From Bigelowiella natans CCMP2755 (lineage: Eukaryota > Protista > Cercozoa): a DNA stretch of 42,091 bases. The position numbers and the translations under genes are program-made. The notes below the pieces were generated by a model. The model was given only the letters and a program-made list of their open reading frames with translations, ran no database searches and was not told the DNA's origin. Below are positions 24,964-37,243 of this stretch, one piece after another; the stretch's first letter is position 1; each line of letters opens with the position of its first letter. The stretch covers positions 1 to 42,091 of the forward strand of contig ADNK01001473.1 in the NCBI GenBank assembly GCA_000320545.1, in the 5' to 3' direction.

Positions 24964-26310
24964 ACTGGGATTGTTGTCATAATCATAGTCGTCGTCTTTG
25001 ACGTGAGAAACTTTAGTAGTAATCCCCCCCCTCTTTTCGTGTTCTAACCTCATACTCGTCGTCGTCGTCGTCTTTTTGCCTTCTCTTGCTACTACCATCA
25101 GTGAGCATGGTGATGGTGATGATGATGCTGTCTCAAGTAATTCTCCTCCTACTTCGTTACTACCTCCTCCTACATCCCCATCAATGATTGAGGATGCTAT
25201 AGTGAATAGTTCTGCATTTAAGAGTCGAAGTCTTTCCTCAGACACCTTCTCAAGGCGATGATGATGATGATGATGATCATCATCATCATCATCATCATCA
25301 TTCCTCTTCTGCTCCTCATATCCTGTAAGTGCCGAGATACCTTTACGGGCTAGACTAATGATATTTTTCCCCAAATGGTGCTCCGTATGTTGTTGTTGTT
25401 GTTGTTGTTTGTCGTGGGTTATTATGCGATTCAAGGTAGGTTTTGATTGCGACAGCATTTTACGTGCAGCACTTTGGATAATCTTGTGTTGAGTTGTAAG
25501 ACCTTCTTTCAGTGATTTCAACAAATTTTCCACCAAGGGAGGTGCAGCGTCAGCAGCAGCGGCAGCAGCAGCAGCAGCAGCAGAAGAAGCACTACTAATA
25601 CTACTACTTCCCCTCCTCCTATGATCTTTGATCATCGTCGGTTTCTTCCCCTCCTCCTCCTCCTCCTCCTCCTCCTCCTCCTCTTTGTCCACAGTTGTAC
25701 AACTACTACTTTCTGCTACTGCCGTTGCAGTAGCAAAGAAGCGTCTTGTAGCTGCTGCTGCTTCTTCAGGACACACTACATTTTGGATAAATCCATTGAA
25801 GATGGTTTCAAATTGGTCAAGCTTGGAGGATGTGAAACTAGCAATAGGGTTGTTTTCATCTTCTTCCTTATCACCAGAAATACCACCTCCTGAGCCCCCA
25901 CCCAATTTCTCTTGCTGCCGTCGGTGCTGCTCTGCTGAAACACAATTATCCACACATTGTCCCAAGGTCTTCACAAGGGCTTCAGCATGATTAACCGTTG
26001 CATTTAAAGACCTAATAATAATAATAACCAGCAATATGTAAAGAAATACAGAGTACTGCCACTCTGTGGAAAAAATAAACAATGACAATCTAATATAACC
26101 AAATAGAAGTAGATTTAGAAGTAGTAGTAGATGAGTAGGAATAATCAATCACTGAGTTGTCCAGATGCCATTGCAATAGGTTGAAGAATCAAATTGGATC
26201 ATGTGCGTATGCATGTTGTATCACATGTGCAGAAGTGCTATTATTATTACTCCAACGTTATTTTTTTCTGTTTCTATGAGAAACGTTGCAGGTAATATAC
26301 ACACATACAC

Positions 26311-26375
<65 letters not shown>

Positions 26376-26698
26376 TATATACATATTTATGCTGGCGTAG
26401 TCTGTTATATTTGATAGGTATTGTAAGTGATTTTGGGTTAGCTGGTATATACAAATATGATATGTTTACTAATTCTTTTATTACCGATACATGTCTTCAT
26501 CCTCAAGAGCTGCTTCTGCTTGACGTTTCAGCTTTAACCCTCTCTCCAAAACAGCATTCTTTACCTTTTGGTTATAACAAAGAAGAAGCCAGCAGCAGTG
26601 ATGACGATGATGATGAGGTTGATAATGAACGTAGCTGAAGAGTAATCAGTAATAGTTGTTTGTACATTTGTTTGCTATTTAATCCTGTCGCAGAGTAA

Positions 26699-26741
<43 letters not shown>

Positions 26742-29142
26742 CAATGATGATTCAATGAGTTAGTACGTACCTTCTTTGAATCACACATCTTGTCCACCCT
26801 TTCGAGAAAGGTTTCGATATTCCGCACTATAGACTCCCCAGTAAGGGCTTTCGTGAGCATTTCGAGAGCATCATCTCCATCATCATCCTCATCATCATCG
26901 GCATCGTCTGCTGCCTCTTCATTACTACTATCAACCATGTCGGTGCCAGAATTGTATGCATCGTCACGATTATCATTGTCGTTGTGTAACGATGACATCA
27001 ATGATGATGATGATGATGATGATACTAAAGCTGATGCTTCTGCTTCTTCATTCCTCTGATTCATTGGCCTTTTCTTTCCAGCTGCAGCAGCTTTCTTTCT
27101 GCTTTCTCTGTTTGCTGATCTTGCCTACACACAATGGTAGTCATTAGTCGTGAAAGAAAGCTATCATTAGAAAATAGCGGTGTGGTGATCTTGTTGTTAA
27201 GTGTTTGATGAAGAATCTAGAGAACTCTATTTATCTCTCCAAGCACAAGATAGATAGATAAATAGATAGATGGTGATTGTAAGATAAAGAGAGAGAGAGA
27301 AAGAGAGAGAGAAGTGGAGACTCAATATCCTTTCGACTACAACACATGCACGTGTGACGACGACCAAGATTATGAGTAATTACTGTTACTATTATTATCA
27401 TCATGTTGTGCTTAATTGTCAAAGTTCTTTCTTCCTACTTTTAACAACTACTTTACTAATTAATACCCACCTCGTGCTTCTGCAATAACATGCCATTCAG
27501 CAAACTTCTGACTCTCTTCTCTCGTCTCAATTTTTGATCATTTGTTCGGTCACTAGTCTTGTCCTTCGCTTTCCCAACAGCAGCATTTCGAGTAATAATT
27601 TTTGTATAGCCGCTGTTGCCTGAACCCAAATCTCCTCCATCTCTTGAACAAAGATCGCCAGAAATAATAGCATCGACGTTATCCTTGTAATTACCACCGA
27701 CATTGATGACGTCAAATTTGGCCAAAGATTGTTGCATGTAAGCCGTAGCGTATCGAAGCTCTACCTTCACAACGCTGTCACTAAGCCGTCCACCAACCAC
27801 TTCCCCCTCTCCATATGGTGTGAAAACGTGCGTTGATCTGTGACAGCTTGGGGGTAGTATACATTGTCCTTGGTTAGTGAGAAGCACACCAGTGGTATCA
27901 TCATTCCTATTGGTAGAAGAAGTAGTAGCAGCACCCGTAAAAGGCTTGAATCCTTCCAGCTCGTGTAGATACCCAATAATACCACCAGAGTTTAATTTTA
28001 TCTCGATGATACCATCCCATCTACGCGCTACTATGCGTCCAAGTCCGAAAGGTGTTTTTATACTACATTTTTGGCCCATCCCAGCATTTGCAGCTGATTG
28101 AGAAAACTGCTGCTGTTGCTGATTGCCAACAGCTTTAATAGCAGCGTAAGAAGTCACAGTTGGATCATTCACCATCTTAGACACTCTAGAAGTGAGGGTC
28201 ACCGGATCATAATTACTGCCAAAGTTCTTTTTGTGATAATGCGTAGTATCAAAAGAAACAGTTCTTCCACTCCTTTCTCCATTGTGATTATGACCAGGCT
28301 GATTGTAGCTATTATCATCATTTGCAGCTGAAGTAAAAGTGTTCGCATTCCTAGGAGGCTCTGGCAAGGAAGCCGTCTCTTTCCCCCCCCACTCACTAAA
28401 TCCTTCAAAGTACGTCCGTACGTCGGAAAAACTCCTAATACTTCGAAAAGATAGAGAAGATGGTGGTTTTCGACTCGTACTACTTTCAGGTGGGGCGATG
28501 GATTCCTTTCGGTCATCCCTGTTTTTGCTGTCTTTAAAGCTATTACTCTCACTGAGTCCGTCAGAAGTAGCCTTGTTTGAAATAGAGCCCCTAGCAGTTT
28601 TCCTCTGTTTTTGGTGCTAATAATACACCCAAAGTCATTAGATAGAAGAGATATGGGGAAAAGTAAAAAAGAGATACTTTAATGTCCTGATAGGAGATGA
28701 GGAGTCGATAAAATTTTAAGGATACATTATTATTTGATATTACCTCCTCGTAAAGGTGCTGTCGTGCAAGGGAGGGGGTCATGCTAGGACCCAAATCCAT
28801 TAAAAAATAATCATCCATATCGCCTAATGCTTGGTTGCCGAACGAGAACCTTTTCTTTGTTAAAGTACCAGGAAGTGCCTTGAGCTAGCTATTGGTCTGA
28901 TATATTAACAACGGCGGGACGACGAAGTTGCAATGGATTCAATTATTGTTGACCCTTAAATGGCGATATAGAACTAATTAAACGAATCGAAGATCCATAC
29001 GAAAAGGCAAGAATCTCGACTGTGGTAATCAAACATGACTTTTATCATAGAGTCGCCGATGTCATACAACGAACATGTGTATTCACTTATTGGATGTGCT
29101 TCTCGCACCGCGTTCGTTACCACGATCATGATATCTATCCAT
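22681..29142 (-). CDS. Large low-complexity protein with two TP(F/Y)G SH3/Tudor-like repeats and a C-terminal BPI/TULIP-fold (HAM1-C/DUF4449-like) lipid-binding domain
   Basis: ORFs 28591-28818, 27456-28367, 26675-27064 and 22681-26148 have GT-AG-compatible ends on the minus strand. Motifs KTPFGLGRIV..DGIIEIKL and FTPYGEGEVV..DSVVKVEL; YLPKVKFRTIEG...YKITRLSL...WEFRQCRFPYVTAEGTADAKIKGLSFTVSL...SWTSWVANSVAWMFADIIKNYI. The 5' end is uncertain (28884-29142). Confidence 0.75.
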
Positions 29143-29207
29143 GGATATTCTGGGATCTCTGCTCATTTACACTTCGCATGGTGTTAGAGATGGAGAGCTT
29201 CGAAATA

Positions 29208-29235
29208 CGAGATTTTTCGAGATTTTTCGAGATTT
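29208..29235 (+). promoter_or_regulatory. CGAGATTTTT x3 (10-bp period) in a short divergent promoter
   Basis: cgagatttttcgagatttttcgagattt lies between head-to-head genes. Confidence 0.4.
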
Positions 29236-29390
29236 GCTCGGTAGGATTTCCTATAATTTCTTATTATTTGATCTATATTTCATAAACTACGACATAGATA
29301 TTCACTTGTCTTTTTATTATATCATCGATGACACAGCTTTCCCGCGTTTGAAGCTCTCAACGCGCCGGTCCCCTTAAAAAGCATTCCGAG

Positions 29391-31265
29391 ATGGAAGCAG
29401 CTGCCGCTGCGCTTGGTTTTCTTGGGAACAAAAAAATTGTAAATGGAGAGGATGAAAACAGGGAGGGTCATGATTCACAGAAAGAAAGGATGGGATTTTC
29501 CACGGCCAAAAACAGTTCCCATCCCAGCCTTACCAGCAGCACAAGGGGAAATCTATACCACGGGGATCGGGGGCTAGAGCAAGATGCTTGTATAGAAGAG
29601 AAAGATGGTGATGGAACGGAAATAAGAGTTCGTGGTAAAGCTTATGAACAGGTGTGTAATCATCATGAATGTAGGATGAAAAACGTTTAATACATGTAAG
29701 CTTATGCACGAATTTACCACAGCTTCCTTTTATTTTTATAAATCATAATGAATAATGCCGATGTAAATATTCTTTTGATATACTGGTGACAGAGATTATT
29801 TTGATCATCACCAGGGACAAAAAAATGTTGTAGGAAATTCGCTATTAACTTCTGGAGGCGCAATTACCGCTTCCGTTGCTGCCAAACCTGATCGCAGTGT
29901 CGCTTCTATTAAGCCCTCCGTACCGATTTCATCCTTTGCAACTCACGAAGAACAAGCGAAACCAAACAAAAAGACGAAAAAGGACCAAAAGACAGAGGCT
30001 ATTAGTATGCACAAACTCCAAAGTATTATCAAGAGGGCGGTTCCAAAGGAAGCCATTGTTCCTTCCGAAGTAAAAGAGGTTTTACAGAAACTCACCCTTT
30101 ACTTTGCTTACTTTCTTCTGGATGAAATATTAGACACTCCAGAGTTCACTAAGGGCCATCTCCGCGGTGAAATGGTGTTGAAAGCACTGGATTTGTTGGG
30201 TTTTCATGAATATGCTACACTTTGTAGTGCATACAGGGATATGTATGGGGATTCTGTGCTTCAGCGGATGGAAGAGCTGACAGGATCTAGAAAGTCAACT
30301 ATGCCCAAACGGCAGTACAAAGAATGGCATGACCAATATCTTCAAAGAAAATATGAAAAGAAGAAGACCAAGCCTAATAACCAGAACGCTTCTCAAAAGG
30401 AATCGAATTTAAAAAAAAATCAGTCCATAAAAACAAATGAGGCCAAACAAAATTTACCCAAAAAATTGTCAATGAAAAAAAAAGGGGGGGGGGGAGATGA
30501 AACATCCTTCCAATGTCGTGACGATGCTAATCTTCTCGGGAAAACATCATCGAATGGGCAGCAAAAGAAAAGAAAACAAAAGGAGGAACTTGCTCGTCCA
30601 GTGAAAAAAAATCCACGCTCACGGGAGAAGGTTATGATGAGGGATGATCAAAACAACCTTAATAGAGGTAGATACCTAAATACATATAGTCATCAGAATA
30701 CGAATAGTGGGTTTTATAATCAGCAGCAGCTGCAGCAGCTGCAGGTGAGTGAATCCAATATAGCACATGGAGCATGGAAAGATCAACATCGTAAACAATC
30801 CCAAGAACAACTACGTCAGACTTTAGATTGGAGAGGAGTTAATAAAGAGAAAGAGCAGCAGATGCAAACAAATCTATGGTCGTACAGACAGTCAACGGGG
30901 AAATGGAGGAAGGCTCAAGATAAGGTACTTCATGGATGAATGGGTAATGATGATGAATTAATTCTATTTGTGTTTTCTAGGGGAAAATTTACTATTTTAA
31001 CACGATTTCTCGAGTGACACAGTGGGAAAGACCTGAAGCTTATCACTCCGATAGCGATCCTGGTAGCACGGCCGTAGAGGCAAAAGTATTTGAGTATCGG
31101 GAGGCAAAGATACATGCCATTGATGAAGCCAAAGTAGCAAGCGCCCAAGATGACAGGCGACTTGGGCAGCAGCAAGAACAAGCGTGGCAGCGCAGCCAAA
31201 TTGCTTCCCCTGCTCACACTCTTAAACCTGAATCTGCGTCAGCTTCTACTGCTAATCGCTATTAG
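29391..31265 (+). CDS. NF-YB/NC2beta(Dr1)-type histone-fold protein with a C-terminal WW domain (3 exons)
   Basis: ISMHKLQSIIKRAVPKEAIVPSEVKEVLQKLTLYFAYFLLDE...LRGEMVLKALDLLGFHEY follows the Dr1/NF-YB fold pattern (I..EHV..AL..LGF..Y). The intron ending at 30980 joins GKWRKAQDK|GKIYYFNTISRVTQWERP, a canonical WW domain. The first intron boundaries are less certain. Confidence 0.8.
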
Positions 31266-31310
31266 AACAGTTCTTATTTTATCAACTCCAAAGATACTAG
31301 CATCAGCACA

Positions 31311-31311
31311 A

Positions 31312-31343
<32 letters not shown>

Positions 31344-31347
31344 GCCA

Positions 31348-31379
<32 letters not shown>

Positions 31380-31392
31380 GCCACCACCACCA
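31311..31392. repeat. (CCR)n trinucleotide tract (CCA/CCG), downstream of the WW gene stop
   Basis: About 27 units directly visible. Confidence 0.95.
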
Positions 31393-31619
31393 CTAATATA
31401 CCGCGTTGCAGACGTACATGTACAGCAACATTCAGGTTTCACAGCAACAAAAGTTAGATTGTGGGACACACATTTTTACCGACAGCGTCAAACTGATCAC
31501 AGAATTAAGTGACAGATAACATAGTTATCACGTGTTAGACATTGATAGGACCCTAGACTCATAGCAAACAACAAAAGAGGAGAAAAGTGTGGTGACAACG
31601 AAAATTTGATGAAAACCAA

Positions 31620-33390
31620 TGACGACTGCTACTTGAAACGCATCAGCCCAGATTTGGCCATTCATTTACTCTTCTTGACCTTCGACACCACATGTTGCTC
31701 TGCGGTGACGGCATGCTAGCATGCTCTAGTGCTGCAGAATGCGATGCACATCGCATGTGGCGGGCCGACTGTACGACTTCACCCTGCTCTGACGCAGACA
31801 ACACAACAACTAGACAAACTAGCAAACTCAAATGACGCGCACTATTTGCAAGCAAAAGTTCAGTTCGTGGCGCGCAAATCGCATCCGCATGTCATGTCCG
31901 CACTCTTTCCAGTCATTCACAAACTTCCTAGCTAGCTAGCTTCCATTGTGGCACTCTAGGCGCTAGCTAGCACTGCTAGCAAACACTCATTTCTTTCTTT
32001 CTTTCCTTCTTTCTTCCTCCTTGAAGTGATGCGTGCAATCAATGAAACCAGGTTCGATCGCACGCGGCCAAGCAAGTGAAGCACGCTGCATTGACCAGTT
32101 GACACCACCAGACCACCTGCAACAGCATCGCATGCACTGTTCCAGCATTCCAACATTGTTGAGTGGCGGCGACAGCTCCAGAACAAGAGCTCTGGAGCTC
32201 GTTGACTTTGTTCCTCGCACCTGCACGGTGCTGCACGTGGCAGGCTGGCAGGCCCAGAGGCTAGCAGGTGCAAAATCACGCTTCAGCTAGCGCAACTGAA
32301 CAAACTGGCTGACAGTCGCCAACGCTAGACGACGTGAACACTGTGGTAGCTCGGTGTTCCCAGGTTCCAATGTTGACCTTCAGCGTGCAATTGGCCAGTT
32401 GGGCCACAACCCAACAACAACGACACAAGCCTTTGCTGGCTTTGTGCAACAATCACGCTTTGCCAGATTGTTCAACAACAGACACTTCTAGACTTGCAAG
32501 TCATTGTCATCTGGTCATGGCAAAACGTGCACGTGGTGTGTTCCAGAACCTGGCTGGAACGTTGAACTCTGAGCCCTTTCTCTGGCGCGTGAACCAGCGA
32601 AGCTCATCGGAGTTCCACTTTTCATCGTCGTCACCGAGTTCAGCTCACAACGCTTTCACCAGTTCAGTCAACGAACAATGAACAACGATGATGAACCACG
32701 TTTCCAAAACGTGACAAGATGCTTGCAGTGATCGAAACGCAGTGCCTCGAACTGACTTTGGTGATGACCAACCAGTGAAACCAGAAGGAATCAAGAACGG
32801 CGTTCTGGCCACTCCCAGACTCCTCCAATCCCAGTTCCACTGTCTTTCGTTCCTGATCTTTGCCAACTTTCAGGACTGTGACTTCTCTTTGCTTTCTTCA
32901 CCCCGAAATCCTCCCATCGTGACTTTCTCATTCTTGGAGTTCACCAAGCAAGAACACCATGCCTTCAAACCCCAAGCGAACAATCCCACGGACCACACCT
33001 TCGTGGTCCACTTGGGTGCACGAGCTTCACGCCAACCTCAACCAATGAGTGAAAGAAGAAGAACAATGAACAATGACAAAGAACTGCATTTCCAAAATGC
33101 AACAAGACACTTGCAGTGCACGAAACGCAGTGCCTCGAACTAACTTTAGTGAGGACCTTCTAGTGAAACCAAAAGGAATCAAGAATGGCATTGTGGCCAC
33201 TCCTCCGTTCCTAGTTTCATTGTTTTCAGTGCCTGATGTTTGCCAACTTCAGGATCACGCATCCCTGAATCCTGTCGTGATGGTTTGCTCATGCTTGGAG
33301 ATCACCAAGCAAGAACACCACACCTACGACCCCCAAGAGCACAATCCCATGGACCACACCTTCATGGTCTACTTCATGCCTACCACAACA
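31620..33390 (+). pseudogene. Degenerate island 4: TpA-stripped fossil coding sequence with a 388-bp-period internal duplication
   Basis: Copies at 32673-33013 and 33061-33374. Plus-strand translations align (VPRTDFGDDQPVKPEGIKNG/VPRTNFSEDLLVKPKGIKNG; FSFLEFTKQEHHAFKPQ..NPTDHTFVVH/CSCLEITKQEHHTYDPQ..NPMDHTFMVY). No TpA at 32491-33140. Confidence 0.7.
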
Positions 33391-33879
33391 TCCCCGGCTA
33401 AGAAGAAGAAGAAGAAGTAGAAGAAGTGGGAAAAGGAGGACACATTTGTTGTCGCTCTCTCTGCAGAAACTGCCGATTTATTATGTTGATTCGATACCTT
33501 TTCCCTCAATTTTGAAACACAATTCAGCTTCCCGCCTTCATGAAACGTCAGTAAAATCGATAAATAGATTAGAATCAGTGAAGAATGTTCTGCCATCGAT
33601 GTATTTTTTCGGAAAATTCAGTGTGGGCTCCATTCGGGTGCATTCCACTTAGGTTGAAACAACTTCTGTGGGTCAGTGATCAGAATCATCGGAAAAAGGA
33701 AAAATAATAAATTACCCAATAGAAATACATAGAGACATCCAATCTGTCTAGTCGTAGACAGATAATAGGTTTATTTACAATTTGAATATAGTTTCGCGCG
33801 GTTGTACTTTAAGCTCTAGAACAGCACTCCCGTCTCCTTTCTCCTGCAGTGTCCATATTTTCACGATCCCATTTGAGCT

Positions 33880-34587
33880 ATGGAAGAAGACCTTCTCGAG
33901 TGTGTGCAAGGTTTGGGAACCTTTGACGAGGATGGCATCTTCCAAGCGACTTTGGAGACAAGAGGTAAGACATTCCTTACTCAGAGGCTCGACTGTGGTT
34001 TAATGGTTTACCTGTTTTTCCAATTCCTTAGGATGTCTTTCAGATATTGAATATATGATAAAGCGAGACAACCCTGAGGTCTGCCCATCCTGTTCAAAGA
34101 TATACACTTATCCCTATCAGCAACAACACGCACAATTCACCGCACCTTGAATGCTTCATACTCAATGTGGACACATGTATCAAATGCCGTTCTGAAGGTT
34201 GTTGGCCAGTAGCAACTTTGTTTTTGAATGCACACGATAATGCATATACATAATTTTATCCGCATATCCCGGATTAATGTGTGCATTCAAACACAAATGT
34301 ACATTTTCTGAAAATTCGTTCACAAATCTTGAATGCATCGATGGCAGACACGCATGGTGTACATAACTCTTGGAAAGTGGGAAATTGTCCAAGGCTCGTT
34401 AGTGCCTCTTGCAGTTGCATACAGGGAGGATAAGCTCTTCTTTTACGTTGGTAACGTTTCTAATTCTTAATAGAATGACAAAATCAAAATAAGTGACAAA
34501 GATATCGAGGGTCAGTCATGTTTATCTCTTCTTTCATTTCCCCCTGTGCATGCACGCTTGTTAGAGATTGTCATAAATGTGTGTGTG

Positions 34588-34632
<45 letters not shown>

Positions 34633-35144
34633 CATGACAGTGAGGCTTCTCGTACGATTGACAATGCCGCTGCCCGAAAATACGAGCCAAGTTGCGCTTC
34701 AGGTTATGTTCAGAAAAATCTCTGAAAATGGAAAAGGCCATTTATAATCATAGAGAAGAAGTAAAGGGCTTCATGAGAGGAAGCAAAGGGCAATAAGAGG
34801 AAGAGAAATGTCGCTTAGTCTTTATGAAATCCTCGTCAGCATTCCGTGTGTGCAGCTGCCACTCGTGTCGGAGCTTCGATTTCCATGCTTGTATTTAATT
34901 AGCTCGTGGGTACTTATTTCCTCCCTTCTCTTTCTTATCCTGTCTTCTTTTCTCCTTTGGTATTGTAGATCTCTCACCTACAGAAGTACAAGGTGGCCTT
35001 CCTAGAATCTGATATTCTCCCTGTTCTCGTGCGTTGGATACAGGAGCCTTTAGCGAAACCTGACAGGTCGTATTCTTAATATTGCCTAGGCGACTCTCAT
35101 GCTCCTTGCCTTCCCATCGTATTCTTTCTTAAATCCCCTCCCAC

Positions 35145-35195
<51 letters not shown>

Positions 35196-36711
35196 GTCTC
35201 TCTCATCTTTCCATAATCTTTGCTTTTTGGCCACCTATAGTACTCGTACCAGTGAAGATTTGGACCGTTTAGAACTCTTCCTCACGCTATGCGTTAATCT
35301 TCTTAAAATTCCTGACGTAATATTAATAAGAAGTAGCAGTAACAACTTGTAAAATATTATAAAGATATATTGAAATACGGTCCCGACGGTGTTGCAATTC
35401 TGCGATTATTCTTTCACGAATCATCATCTTCATCATCATTTCCATGAAAGTTTTGACTGAAACTTAGACTCTTATCCTGACTTTATTAAATAGCCGGCAT
35501 CGTCGTCAGCAAGCACAATTTCGGATAATTGGACGCATTTACAGGATCGTACAATTTTGCGATTTCACGAAGAGGCTATTTTGGACATATTCGTGGTTAT
35601 TGGCTCGACGCTGAAGGGCAGCAAGTATGAGAGAATTGATGTGTTATTCTCAGCAATATGATTATCGCGATGTTAGTCTGTTGTGGGATTCTCTTTTTTA
35701 GACTCTCTCATAAAACTTATTCTTATTCGTATTATTGCTATCTAGGTACGCACTATTAATGCTCGATATATTACATCACCTTTTCGAGAGGGAGAACCCA
35801 GAGAAACTAGTCTATCCTGAGGATAGCACCAAAAAGATGGTAATAATAGTAAACAATCGATTGTTAACAGTAGTAATAATATATTGGACGCGATTATAAT
35901 ATTAGCAACTAACATTATCTATTGACAACACTTGTTACTCATCATCATCATCATCCTGCAGGAGGAATTGGTGCTTTTGGAGGAAAACAAGAAGCGTGCA
36001 CGTGCTCAATCTTTGTCCAGTAGACATCCACGTTTCGGTTCACAGTTTGCTCTAAGACATGCCCTCAATAAAGGCAGCATGCAAATCGTGTCCAATCTCT
36101 TCGATTCTAAGCGAAATCAGATTCTTAATAAAGGAGCTAAGAAGAAGACAGGTAGAGGCAATATGAGAGGGAGGCGTGGAGGTAAGCTCATTCTAGATCG
36201 AGCAGCTCGAAGCTACTACGACGATAATGTCCCCAGGGTTCTGGCTGAATGTTTAGAGAAAGTGATAGACACATGCTTTGCTCCGTTAATGGACGTTGTG
36301 CAGCAGGAAGTCATGGAGCGACTATCTAGCGCTACAATTTTTCCTGAAGATACTCGTAACTATATGGCGTTCGCTGCTATGTGCATCGGCTTCAAGAGAC
36401 TCAAAATGTACCGTGAGCGTCGCGACTACGAGAAGTTGTTTGGTATCAGTGGTGGAGGGAAAGTTAGCAATAAAGGCAGGAAGAAAACGCCTAGTGGTAT
36501 TAATGATGGTGATGGAGGAGGCGATGATAAAGTAGTCGCAAAAGTTGATGAGAGTGGAACAGCAGAAGCTCATAGGAGGGAGAAAGAAAATAAAGGTTGT
36601 AGTACTTGGGGGGTTGTCGATGAAGACGACAACGAAGAGGCGGAAGATGTGGACAAAAATGGGGTATGCAGACATTACGGAAGTAGTTATCCTTACATAC
36701 ATCATGTTGAA

Positions 36712-36751
<40 letters not shown>

Positions 36752-37166
36752 GTATAGAGTTATAATTATATAATGTGAGTGTGCGCGCGCGCGCGTGTGT
36801 GTGTGTGGGGGGGGGGCTATTTTTGAAGAGTGTTGCGTTCGTGCGCGCGTAATATCATTGACGAGCTCTTGAAGGATTGTGTCTGAAGACGAATACCATG
36901 AGAACAAGATGATCTGACAACAGGTACGACGTCGCCGTCGTTATAAGTACGATTTTCGTTCGTTTTTCGGATTAATGGACGAGCATATATTCAAGTGGAT
37001 AATTTCCAAAGTGTCGGAAACTCTTGACCTTAAACCGGTCAGTTGGGAAAAGGTAGTCGCAGTGCCATATCGATCAATCTGAGCAGCAGCAGCAGCAGCA
37101 AGTTTCATTTAGAAGTTGATATCATTAGCATGGTCGTCATAACTAGAATCACAAACTAACATTCTC

Positions 37167-37243
<77 letters not shown>

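Noticed and set aside
31150-31512. Poly-proline ORF as an intramolecular ligand for the WW domain
   Set aside because: It is in a different frame and downstream of the 31265 stop; I found no GT-AG intron that brings it into frame.
32673-33374. Ordinary CpG deamination or fungal RIP as the cause of TG/CA differences
   Set aside because: CpG is abundant, TpA is absent, and several sites retain TA in one copy. RIP would enrich TpA. A multi-copy consensus is still needed to exclude CpG decay formally.
33780-34460. Minus-strand RING-variant-like text (EELILPVCNCK...YVHHACL) and a ubiquitin-like fragment
   Set aside because: These are antisense shadows of TIMELESS exons 1-3, which match the family far better on the plus strand.
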